From Obrimoposthia wandeli (taxonomy: Eukaryota), in NCBI GenBank assembly GCA_977020255.1, contig CDROCS010000953.1, positions 124,001-188,000 of the forward strand: a DNA stretch of 64,000 nucleotides, in the 5' to 3' direction. Shown piece after piece: positions 12,246 through 22,971 of the stretch (within the stretch, counting starts at the first letter, position 1; every line of letters begins with the position of its first letter). Made by a program: the position numbers and the translations under genes. The notes under the pieces were generated by a model. That model worked only from the letters and a program-made list of their open reading frames with translations, did not search any database and was not told the origin of the DNA.

Positions 12246-13423
12246 ATAACGATGTTATTGATAATATATTTTATAATAAAATATAACCTACTGAAAGTAA
12301 ACGCAACAAACATAAATGACAATCAATTAATCATACAACAACAAACAAATAAATACGACTCAACAACTCATCTCATAAAAAATTTTGGATTAATAACAAT
12401 AATACCTGAAATCACATCAATAAAGTTAAAAATTTCTCTTCTTACAAACAAAACAGGAAATGTGCAAATCACACAAACAGATAGAAAACAAAATATAATT
12501 ATTTCAGGAATAAAATCACAAAAATATACAATACCATTTTTAAGAACAGAAACACAATATAAAATAAGAATTAAGTCGAAATTAAAAAATATAACACTCT
12601 ATGAAAGAATTATAGAAACTCACATATACCTAGCATCAATATTAAAAACAACAGCAAATATATATCAAAACATAAAATAATAATAAAATGGGAATTTCAA
12701 CTAAAAATAGATGACTTAGATAAAGCCCTCATTAGAATTAGATATAGAAGACATAATGCTAATTTTTGGAAAGACTCAGAAAAACAATTAGAAAATACAC
12801 AAACTAAAACAAATTTAACCATAGAAAATATAAGATATCCAGAGAAAATAATAATGGACAATAGAGAATGCGTAATCACTAATAAACCAATAATGTACAG
12901 ACAATGGAGTCAAAAGTTTGAAAGTTATAAAAATCTAACAAAATTAACAATTTTAGGAAATAAGATATCCAAACTATATCAACCTACAATTTTTTGTGGT
13001 CGTTGGTCAGCAATAAAAATTAAGAAATATGTTAAAGAAATAACCACAAAACAAATGCTACATACCACAACATTTACATCAAAAATTTACAGAGTTACAA
13101 ATCAAGTTGAAATCACGGAGAGAATAAGAATTAAATTAAAATTAAAAACAACAGAAACAATATCCTATAAATCATTTAATGAAAGTTTAAAAATGCACTA
13201 TGGTAAACAAGAACATTCAAGGAATGAAGATAAAAAAGAACTTATAATAATAGTTATAGTAATCGAAATAATTACATTTTTAAATCAAATATCATGGAGA
13301 ATGTTAATTTTGAAACATACAAAAATGATAGAAACAAAACAACGAAAACACTTTTGTGGCCCCCCAGGCCCTTTTACTATTTATATTTTCCCAAGGATGA
13401 GAATTCTTCGGAATTATCCATAA
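12246..13423 (+). pseudogene. Putative type I membrane protein with FN3-like repeats, fused in frame after integrase (frameshift ~12625)
   Basis: Signal-like ITMLLIIYFIIKYNLLKVNA|T; FN3-like motifs KYTIPFLRTETQYKIRIKS and KIIIKWEF...IRIRYRRHNANFWK...TNLTIENI; hydrophobic LIIIVIVIEIITFL at ~13241; removing 2 nt from ATATA (12624-12628) joins the frames. Confidence 0.45.
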
Positions 13424-13660
13424 ATACTGTAATAGAAAATAGGAAAAGAAATATAACACAATAATCAATTTTTTTAAAAAATAAAACCATTTAAGTAACA
13501 AAAAATGTTAGTACTATTAAGTAAATCTAAATTAGTTAGGAAATAGAATAAAAATTTGATATATGTATATTTTAAAGAGGATTTAATGAAAATAATATTA
13601 AAATAAAATAACCAGGAAACGCATCCTGAAATTTAATAATGGTTATTTTTAGATATAAAA

Positions 13661-13957
13661 ATGAACAGATTGGCAAAAGTTTGTAAAAAATGCAAAAAAT
13701 TAGAGAAAAAGATTCGAGATGTTTCCAGACAGCATGACGACTTCTATATAAAGATCACAACTCAAAATAAATCACTGAAACAGTTAATAAAACAAAGTGT
13801 GGAAGAAAAATTGAATAATGATTTAACAATTGACGAACTAGAAGGGAGATTGACACATAGTTTTGGCAGAATAGACTATTTAATACAACAAACTTTAAGT
13901 CAACGATCAACTATAGCCTCATTAAGAAGACAAATGATGACCTTTGTTAAACTATAA
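13661..13957 (+). CDS. Accessory ORF, 98 aa, probably coiled-coil, unknown function
   Basis: Clean ATG-initiated ORF (AAAATG) inside the LTR boundaries, with heptad-like charged/hydrophobic pattern. Confidence 0.45.
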   Translation: MNRLAKVCKKCKKLEKKIRDVSRQHDDFYIKITTQNKSLKQLIKQSVEEKLNNDLTIDELEGRLTHSFGRIDYLIQQTLSQRSTIASLRRQMMTFVKL

Positions 13958-14117
13958 CCATACATCCTTCTTTTGTACAAATTGTCTAACTTTTATTAAT
14001 AGATTTATTTTCATGACAAATCCCACATACTGCATGGATAAGACTGATATTTTTATAACTTTAAGACTGTGAAATAATTATATTATTTTATTCAACTAAC
14101 AAATTGATTAAAGCAGA

Positions 14118-14381
14118 ATGGATAACAATCACCTGGATACGACTCCAGACCAGCTCACTCGGTTAGATCAAACAAAAAGCACAGCAAAAATAGAAAGAGG
14201 AAAAACGGAAAATATGCCAGAAAGGTGGTATTTAGCAAAATTCCTGTATCAAAAGATGCGTCAGTTTAGCATTGCATACTTTAGAAACAACGGAGGAAGA
14301 AAAATGTTTTCAAATCAAACATTTCTTCCTAATAAGTTAAAAATTACCACAGAGGAAAGAACAAGCGCACTTATATTTTAA
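14118..14381 (+). CDS. Accessory ORF, 87 aa, unknown function; possibly a frameshifted N-terminus of the exonuclease
   Basis: ATG-initiated ORF; overlaps the upstream open frame (from 14336) of the exonuclease ORF. Confidence 0.35.
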   Translation: MDNNHLDTTPDQLTRLDQTKSTAKIERGKTENMPERWYLAKFLYQKMRQFSIAYFRNNGGRKMFSNQTFLPNKLKITTEERTSALIF

Positions 14382-14401
14382 ATGAAAAAAGACCAACCCA
14401 T

Positions 14402-15286
14402 ATGGCTCTCAGCGAAATATTCCCCATTAATAATAGTGAAAAAATAGATATTCACGTGGCACTAGGAGTGGCCCATTTAAAAACCAAATCAGATAAGACC
14501 TTAAACTTTCTGATGATAGGAAATCATACCTACACCTTACAAGCAGCACAATTAGAAAATCAATATAGCATAAAAATAGGAAGAGGACCAAATCTATTAT
14601 TTATAGAAAAAATAAGAAAAGCAGAAGAACCTCAACAAATAGCCCTTTTTGAATTAAAAAACGCACAGAAACCAGCAATTTTATTCCTCGATTGCGAAAT
14701 GGTGATATCAGTAGATAAACAGCCAGTTTTAGCAAGTGTTTCTATTATAAATTACATAGGTAACGTAATTATAGATACACTGTGCGTAACTAGAGACAGA
14801 GTAAGAAATTACGTTACTAGAATAACTGGACTGTCAGATAGAAAGTTACAAGGATGTAGAGATGCTGATGAAGTAATTGAGGAAGTAAAAAACATTGTGT
14901 ATGGTAACATCATCGTAGGTGTGGGACTAACAAACGATTTAAAAGCTTTACGCCTACAGAAATGGATGTTATTCAACATTGTTGATTTAGGAATATCTAA
15001 AAGCATAAAATCAGAACTAAATCACAATCACCCAAATATTGGACTTGCCAACATGGTGCGGAAATACTTAAATATAGAAACACAAAAAGGAGTCCACACT
15101 AGCATGGAAGATGCAAATCACACCCGAAAAATTTTCATAATGAAGGAGGAAATGTTGAATAGAGAGTTTGATTTGACCGAGGTGATGAATCCACCATCTA
15201 GCGAGAACAACCCCAGTTCATCGTTCTCACATAAGACCGGAAACTCGGAGTCCGGTACACAAAACTCCCCGATTTTGTTGGATTAA
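14402..15286 (+). CDS. DEDDh 3'-5' exonuclease, REX4/ISG20-like, carried inside the retrotransposon
   Basis: ExoI LDCEMV, LASVSII, RNYVTRITGL, ExoII VG--LTNDLKAL and ExoIII QKGVHTSMEDA; all D-E-D-H-D catalytic positions present; uninterrupted 294-aa ORF. Confidence 0.9.
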   Translation: MALSEIFPINNSEKIDIHVALGVAHLKTKSDKTLNFLMIGNHTYTLQAAQLENQYSIKIGRGPNLLFIEKIRKAEEPQQIALFELKNAQKPAILFLDCEMVISVDKQPVLASVSIINYIGNVIIDTLCVTRDRVRNYVTRITGLSDRKLQGCRDADEVIEEVKNIVYGNIIVGVGLTNDLKALRLQKWMLFNIVDLGISKSIKSELNHNHPNIGLANMVRKYLNIETQKGVHTSMEDANHTRKIFIMKEEMLNREFDLTEVMNPPSSENNPSSSFSHKTGNSESGTQNSPILLD

Positions 15287-15488
15287 GGTAGTATTGTTAT
15301 TATTTTATTCTGTTTTCATTCTTGTCTAAATTTTTAACGATATTTAACCAGACATGATTGTGATTAATAAAACATTAATCAGTTATAACATACAAACAAC
15401 ACTAGGTAACAATAGAAACAAGACAAAATAGTTTTACTAATAATTAAGATAAAAATTATAATTCTGAGGACAGAGACTTTTATGACCC

Positions 15489-15494
15489 GGAGGA
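15489..15494 (+). promoter_or_regulatory. Short polypurine-tract candidate (GGAGGA)
   Basis: Purine run ending 1 nt before the 3' LTR start; short, so only positional support. Confidence 0.4.
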
Positions 15495-15495
15495 T

Positions 15496-16733
15496 TGTTG
15501 GGAAAATATATTAGCTATTTGTTTAAAAAAGAAAAATAAAAATATAAAAATTAAAAAAAAAAAAAATAAAAGGTAAAAAGGAATTAATTAACTGAAAATT
15601 AATTGGGAACTTTCCTTAATTAGGGAAAAGTTCTGATTTTAAAATGTGCACTTTGGCATTTTGTCTAATCAATCTCCGACGGGAAAAAAGCCCGTTTCGC
15701 CCTTCCGGGCTCATCAGGGAGATGGCTTGTTATCTCTGACTTCGCGGTGGATTCCGCGAAGCCAGAGATAACAATAATAAAAAGCCAGGGAAAAGAGGGA
15801 AAGATTCCCCCTTTCATGTGCCGACGAATATCGTCGACATATGATGTAGGTGTGCGCAAGTGCACATTTCAATACACACACTCACACAGCAGACATCACT
15901 CAACTCATTCACTCTCACTACTCACTCTTACTACTCACTCAATCGCTCACTAAATCACTTATTCACCCACTCTCCCTACTCACTCACTCCCCTATCCATT
16001 GTGCACATGTGTGTGAGTATGGGACAATAATAATTTAATAATTCTCTCTGCCCAGATTTCTTACCGTGGTCTGAACAGCTGGTGTGTGTGCTGTTTTGGA
16101 CTGGGCAACAGGCAGAGATTCTGCACAGGGGACTAGTCCAGTGTGTGTGTCCCCACAGCCGCAGCTGTCTCCCTCATTGCATATTGCGGTGTTTGTGTGC
16201 GCGGATGTGCCAATCTCGCGGTCCCTGCCGTCTCTCTATCTTATTTGACCGGTCCAACAATGTGACAATCTCTAGCGGTTGCTGTTTTCTTCTGCCCGCG
16301 TTGTATCAGTTGCTACCGACATTTGTGATTGCTATAAATAGCAACCATGGAACAAATTATAGACACAAATAAATCAGAAATTGGAATTGTCAAATAAATC
16401 AGAAATTGGAATTGTCAAGTAAATCAGAAATTGGAATTGTCAAATTGAAACTTTATATATTTTGCACAAATATTATTATTGTTAAAGTAAATCAGAAATT
16501 GGAATTGTCAAATTGAAACTTTATATATTTTGCACAAATATTATTATTGTTAAAGCAAATCAGAAATTGGAATTGTCAAATTGAAACTTTATATATTTTG
16601 CACAAATATTATTATTGTTAAAACAGATCAGAAATCAGAAATTATCCTGTTGAAACTATAAATATTGAATAACCAAAATGTTTATGATTGAAATCTGAAA
16701 TAAATATTATTTGTTGCTGTGGTCTTATTAACA
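15496..16733 (+). repeat. 3' LTR of family A element
   Basis: Direct repeat of the 5' LTR, TG...CA, followed by the TSD TATA; contains 25-bp x3 and 68-bp x3 tandem units near its 3' end. Confidence 0.95.
16331..16340 (+). promoter_or_regulatory. Putative LTR TATA box (CTATAAATAG); counterpart at 2991..3000
   Basis: TATAAATA consensus followed ~35 nt later by AATAAA-containing repeats, as expected near the U3/R boundary. Confidence 0.5.
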
Positions 16734-16737
16734 TATA

Positions 16738-17668
16738 TATGAAAAAATAAAAGATATAAAATTAAGAAAAAATGGGAATTAATTAATTAATGAATTAATT
16801 AAGAACTTTCCTTAATTAGGGAAAAGTTCTGATTAAATAAAATATGCACTTTGGCTATTTGGTTTGGAGTGCTATTTCGCCCTGCTGGGCTCTTCAGAGA
16901 GATGGCTTGTCTTTGACTTCACTGTGGATTCCGCGAAGCCAGAGATAACAATGATAGACAGTGAAAAGAAGGAAAGATTTCTCCCTTTTAATATGCCGAC
17001 GAATATCGTCGACATGTGATGTTGGTGTGCGCAAGTGCACAATTCAACACACACACACAACAGAAATTGCATACACCTACTCACTCACTAGTACTCAAAT
17101 CTTTCTAACTCACTGCTCATTCACTATGGTTGGAGTATATGTCTGTATGTGTGTGAGATTAATATATTATTTATCTCTGCCCAGATACGCTGCCTCAGTG
17201 TGTTTACGTGCCGGGGATCGACTGGTGCAGAGACTAAATGCATGGATTTCCGGCCTGTTAATTGGCACTGATTTATTATTTTTTCTGTATAAAAACAAAT
17301 CGCCATTACAAAAATTCAGAACCAAAAAAATTATTACTAAATTAATCTGAATCGCAGTTATATTTAGAGACAGTATCGCAAATTATTATTTGAAAGCAGA
17401 ATTTACAATTTAAATTGATATACCAGTTATATTTGGAGACAGAATTTACAAAATTTACAATTTATATTTGAAAGCAAAATTTATAATTTATATTTGAAAG
17501 CAGAATTTACGATATAAATTTGAAAACAGAATTTACATTTATATTTGAAAAAATCGCAAATTATTATTTGAAAGCAGAATTTACAATTTAAATTGATATA
17601 CCAAGAATATATTATTTGTCCACAAAGTTTTTGTTATTGTTTAGGTAGATATACCCTAACTTAATACA
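16738..17668 (+). mobile_element. Older diverged family-A LTR, split by the full-length element (its first 22 nt are at 374..395)
   Basis: 374 TGTTGGGAAAAT start; 16738 onward shares the AGAACTTTCCTTAATTAGGGAAAAGTTCT palindrome and GGATTCCGCGAAGCCAGAGATAACAA; probable end TAATACA at 17668 with flanks CATA/TATA (1 mismatch). Confidence 0.75.
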
Positions 17669-18194
17669 TATATCAAATCAATTAAATTTGTTTATTATTA
17701 TTCTTACTTACGAATTTGTTACCTAACTCAAATATTTTTCTTTTAAGTTTTATTAAGTTATATTTAAGTTGTACTTTTATATTATTTTGTACATGAGGAT
17801 CCCTTAAAACACTTTTGAATATACATAATTTATATAATATTGTTTATTCTACTATTAACTGGGAAAAAAGAATGAGGGAAAGAAATAGAAGAAATCATAA
17901 GAAACTAGACACTTTATATTTATTTAAAAAACCTAAAATTTTTCTTTGGTTTCTGAAGTTTGGTTATAATTTTGTCTACCAACGTTTACAAAGTATATTT
18001 GTTAATTAATTAAGGTAATTCTGATTTTGGCACTTTTTCCACAGTGATATCGTATGTCATAGAAAATAAACCAATACGATCTAAATGTTGGATTTCTTTT
18101 GCAGATCACTGTATATATCGTTTCAAATCCGTAGTGCACAAGTTTGTAGGAACAATAAAATCTGGAATCATTTCGGGATCTTGTTTAAAATAAG

Positions 18195-19590
18195 TGTTAG
18201 TATTATAATTTTAAAATAAAATAAAAATAAAATTAAAAATTTTTAATTATTTCTTAATTAAGAAATAACGGGAGAAAATTTCCTTAATTAGGGAAATGTT
18301 ATTTCGGGTAAGTGAAATGCACTTTGGCATTTTGTAATCTGTTTTATTAGTTCAGTCCCCGACCGGCTTAACCGGTTTTGCCCTGTCGGGCTCGTCAGGG
18401 GAACGGCAGATTTATCTCTGGCTTCGTGGTGGGCAAAAATGCCCGCGAAATAAGAGATAAAAAAGGAGAAAATAAACAAAGGCACTTACCTGCACAAAGT
18501 CATATAAGTTGTGCAGCGCCGCCCTCCACTATCCTGATGTTAGCCACATCTATTTGATGTCATGCATCAATCCACAATGNNNNNNNNNNNNNNNNNNNNN
18601 NNNNNNNNNNNNNNNNNNNNNNNNNNNNNNNNNNNNNNNNNNNNNNNNNNNNNNNNNNNNNNNNNNNNNNNNNNNNNNNNNNNNNNNNNNNNNNNNNNNN
18701 NNNNNNNNNNNNNNNNNNNNNNNNNNNNNNNNNNNNNNNNNNNNNNNNNNNNNNNNNNNNNNNNNNNNNNNNNNNNNNNNNNNNNNNNNNNNNNNNNNNN
18801 NNNNNNNNNNNNNNNNNNNNNNNNNNNNNNNNNNNNNNNNNNNNNNNNNNNNNNNNNNNNNNNNNNNNNNNNNNNNNNNNNNNNNNNNNNNNNNNNNNNN
18901 NNNNNNNNNNNNNNNNNNNNNNNNNNNNNNNNNNNNNNNNNNNNNNNNNNNNNNNNNNNNNNNNNNNNNNNNNNNNNNNNNNNNNNNNNNNNNNNNNNNN
19001 NNNNNNNNNNNNNNNNNNNNNNNNNNNNNNNNNNNNNNNNNNNNNNNNNNNNNNNNNNNNNNNNNNNNNNNNNNNNNNNNNNNNNNNNNNNNNNNNNNNN
19101 NNNNNNNNNNNNNNNNNNNNNNNNNNNNNNNNNNNNNNNNNNNNNNNNNNNNNNNNNNNNNNNNNNNNNNNNNNNNNNNNNNNNNNNNNNNNNNNNNNNN
19201 NNNTTATCGACAAATGTTGTCTCTCTCCCTCTTTGCTACTGCGGCGCATTCAATACACCTGATACTGCATGCCAGGTTTTCGTGAACCAGCTCCTCTGTC
19301 GCCGTGTCGGATCTCCTCTCTTACCTTCAGATGCCACTAGCAGCTGGGACAACTTCATAGCATGACAGCATGTGCAGTCTCTCCAGCTGCAACAACATAT
19401 CTCTCTCAATCTGTGTCTCTATAACCACAGTTTCTGCACATCGCCCTCCAACTGTCCGGATGAAAATTGATTTTTATGTGTTTGTGTCTATCTGTATTTA
19501 TTAGTATATATGCAGAGATGCATATAAAAATAAGGACACAAGAATTATACAGGACAAAAAATATAATAATCTGATCAGAAAAATTGATCT
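18195..19590 (+). mobile_element. Diverged family-A LTR spanning the assembly gap; 3' end uncertain
   Basis: TGTTAG start, TTTCCTTAATTAGGGAAA palindrome, ATGCACTTTGGCATTTT and hairpin variant shared with LTR A. Confidence 0.6.
18580..19203. other. Assembly gap (624 N)
   Basis: Run of N. Confidence 1.
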
Positions 19591-19596
19591 AATATT

Positions 19597-20420
19597 TGTT
19601 GAAAATTATTCAATTATCGAAAAATACAATTTAGTTATTTATTTGTAACTTATCATAAGTATGTTTTTCTGAAATACGAATATACACTCCAATTGAATTT
19701 TCTTTATTCGAATAAATTAATATACAAATTAGAATTATTACCTTGGTATGAAAGTGTTGGAATTTTAAAAATTAAAATTTTAAAATGAATTAAGTCAATT
19801 TAAATTGACATTACTGAAATGCCCACAATCTTGGAGGTATTCTTTTTCAGCCTCCGACGAGGTAAAAACCCCGTTTCGACTTGACAGGCTCATCCGGAAG
19901 GCGGCTTTATAAAAGTGTTAATACAGAGATTTTTCCACCCAGCAACATCAGCCTCTTTCCTCCATCATACATCCAGTGCGGCGAAATCATCATCATCCAT
20001 ACAGCGAAATCATCGTCATCAATTCTATCTCTCGCTCATGGAATCCCATTCAAAAATCTATTACAGCAGCCACCAAATGTCAAAGTCACCAATCCAGGCG
20101 TGTAATCGGGGATTTACTTGGTGCTGTTCTTTAGACGATTTTCGGTGATAGACGATTAATTAAGCCTGATATAAATATAAACCGTTTCGTTTCTGATATT
20201 ATAGAAAAGTTTTACAGTTGATATATACTAGAATATAGAATTTTGAATAGATTTGTATTTGGAATTCCCTTTAATTACAGGTGAACCATTAATTTTTGAG
20301 AATACAAATTATTGTTGGATAATATCAGAAACAATATCATTTAATCCGGAAACTATTAACATTTGAAAAACAAATTATTAATGGATATTATTAGAAACAG
20401 TATTCAGATGTTGTCAACCA
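19597..20420 (+). mobile_element. Further diverged family-A-like solo LTR
   Basis: CTCCGACGAGGTAAAAACCCGTTTCG...GGCTCATC resembles LTR A; TGTTG...CAACCA with candidate TSD TATT on both sides. Confidence 0.5.
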
Positions 20421-20731
20421 TATTTATATAGATAATTCATAATATTATTCACACCCTCAACACATGATTCCGTACCTAAATATGATTATTAAAAATACAA
20501 AAACTGTGTACAATTCCACAGATATTGGATTTTTATAAGTGGTACGCATTTTCTCAATAATGTGTGAATCAGAAAAGAAGCATTCGAAAATATTACCATC
20601 AGATGTAGTAATATTATAATATCTTTTTAAAAAAAATATTTTGAAAAATTTATACTGACAATCGGTTTCGTTATAAGTAAAGTTTTATTATAATCGTCAA
20701 TGAAGAATTGTTTTGACAAATCGAAATCACC

Positions 20732-21438
20732 TTAAATTGCACCTATAACAGTAGTCAGGAATTCTTGAAAAATGTTAGAAAAAGCACTATGCGCTACATT
20801 TTTATGTGTTGGTATTTCATACATAAACGCACAAAAATTTGAAAAGCTAATATTCATATTGGCATGATTATCTGATATGTTCAATAAATGACTATCCAAC
20901 CGATTATTGAAATGCAATTCTTCGAAATTAAAGGCCGTGTGAATGTCAATTAATTTCGAAGTAATAACACAAGTATATCGATTATCCAATTCAATTTTTA
21001 CACACTTGATAATATCAATATACATTTGAAAACTATCATATTCTGACCTATTTTCTTCAATTATATAAAAATTTTGTGTTTCTTCAATAACTGAATACAT
21101 CTCAATTAAATTAGAATTAAATTTTTTATAATGATTTCTTGAAAATGTTTGGAGAAATACTACATTAAAAGATTTGCTATTTCTATATTCTAATAAAGCA
21201 GAATTTGATTCGTATAGAATAGCTGCCTTATTGTGTGCCAATCTATAATTTTCCATGGAACAAAACAGTTCTTCTGTGCCTCCAAAATTAAAAGATATAA
21301 AGGATTGAATATAATAATCAAGATACACAAATTCATAAGAAAATGCCAACTTTTAAGCATATTGTATAACCCTAAATCTTTTTCTTCGATCATTTCCGTT
21401 AAAGCTGATGAGAGAGCATCGAATGATGTATAAGTCAA
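20732..21438 (-). other. Unidentified coding-like region (205-codon ORF plus an overlapping ATG ORF), divergent from MBTPS2
   Basis: A 618-nt stop-free frame in very AT-rich DNA; a 1-nt shift in an A-run near 21352 would join it to the ATG at 21438; no motif recognised. Confidence 0.3.
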
Positions 21439-22078
21439 TTTTTTAACGCTTTTATGACAGAGCCTGTAAATCTTGTTTTACAAATTCTCCCTGTTTCTAA
21501 AGCCTTTAACTCTTAAATGGCAGCTACTGATTTTTATATATCTCTGCCTTTCCCCTACCACAAAAATTATAATACCTCTTACACATTTCCCAAAATCCTT
21601 TGATGAAAGAGCTCTTTGTCCAAAGCTAATGTTGTAAAGCTAAGTCCACAATATCCCACATTTTAACTAAATTCAGATATTTAAAACAATAAAATTTATC
21701 AAAATATTAAGAAAAATCTGAAATTATTTTTAATTATTGGTCAAATTAAGGGTAGAACTGCAGTTGGAATAGAATATCTCGGTAATTTTTGTGAAATATC
21801 AAGTGCAAATAGTTTTATAGGATTGAGCTAGTCGAATATTTAATTATTTATAATATATAATTATAAACATATGATTAATGTAAATTTATTAATTATTTTC
21901 GTTTGACCGATTTGACATAAATTTTGAACAGTGAAAACTCGACTCCTGGTTTTAATATTTAGTTACTCGGCAAAAGTTTAAATTTAATAGTAATATTAAA
22001 AGAATTATAAGTTTGTCTATAATCTACTAATGTATTTCTTTTTAGTAACGAAAGAGCAGTAATATTTCTTACAAAATA

Positions 22079-22414
22079 ATGATGGCCGTTGTTGTATTGA
22101 TTGTGTTTTGGATCGGAGTATATTTATTAGATTTACTATTAAAAGCGAATCAACTGACTCAAGAAAGATATATTGTTTGGAACATTAATTCTGGCATATC
22201 TCTTGGATTGTTAAAAATAAAGTGGTTTACTAAAAGTTTCAACAAATATTTCCTGTGCCTCGGAAATCTAAAATGGTTTCCTTGGACTTTGTGGTTTTCG
22301 TGCGGCGTTGTGCTTTCATTGTCAGCCCTAGTTTTTGGCGTTGCACTATTGATATTACTAGTGTTTAATACAATTAGCCAAAGAGTTGTTGAACATGAAG
22401 TCCTGACCCCAGTA
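22079..22414 (+). CDS. MBTPS2: Membrane-bound transcription factor site-2 protease, exon 1
   Basis: Hydrophobic N-terminus resembling the S2P family (W--VYL-DL-LK); donor GTAAGT at 22415, phase 0. Confidence 0.85.
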
Positions 22415-22620
22415 GTAAGTCCTAGTTATTTTTTATAATATAATCACGTTATTAAAAATTGATTTAAACATGCAATATATTTAAATTTTTTAAAAATTCC
22501 TGCAAATTAAAGTAAAGGATTTGTTATGATATCTCTAATATTCATAATTTATTCTAAAGTAGAAAACTTAAAGTTTCTGGAAGAGTTTACACCTTTTTTG
22601 ATATTGAACCATACACGCAG

Positions 22621-22971
22621 GTACCAGGTATCAACGTACCATTTTCTCACATGGGTTTTCTCATTAGTTCCATTATAATTGCCGGAATTGTGCATGAAAT
22701 GGGCCACGCCATTGCCGCAATCAAAGAAGGAGTTCGAGTTGACGGCTTTGGACTGATTTTCTTTGTTGTCTATCCGGGCGCTTTCACTAACATCAACACT
22801 GGGGATCTGGAGAGTCTGGATCCAACCCGGAAATTGAGGATATTCTCAGCAGGCAACTGGCACAATTTTGTCACCCTCGTTATTGGGTTTGGTCTCCTGA
22901 ATGTGTTGCCTGTTCTGTTACTGCCATTCTACTCTACAGGGAATGGAGTTCTTGTCAACTACCTCAGTCAG
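22621..22971 (+). CDS. MBTPS2: Site-2 protease exon 2 (HEXXH)
   Basis: Acceptor CAG at 22620; VPGINVP, VHEMGH, YPGAF, LRIFSAGNWHNF and LLPFY are S2P motifs; donor GT at 22972. Confidence 0.92.

Larger units (their letters stand above)
396..16733 (+). mobile_element. Full-length Ty3/gypsy-type LTR retrotransposon (family A) carrying an envelope-like glycoprotein and accessory ORFs; this copy is defective
   Basis: TG...CA termini (TGTTGGGAAAAT at 396 and 15496; TTAACA at 3392 and 16733), 4-bp TSD TATA (392-395 and 16734-16737), paired LTRs, PBS-like site, and PR-RT-RH-IN order with gypsy-type RT motifs (LPRIDE, LDLQSGYWQ, PFGL, YIDD). Confidence 0.95.

Noticed and set aside
18509-19365. Long ORFs of 229-267 aa in the track
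   Set aside because: Artefacts of translating the 624-N gap
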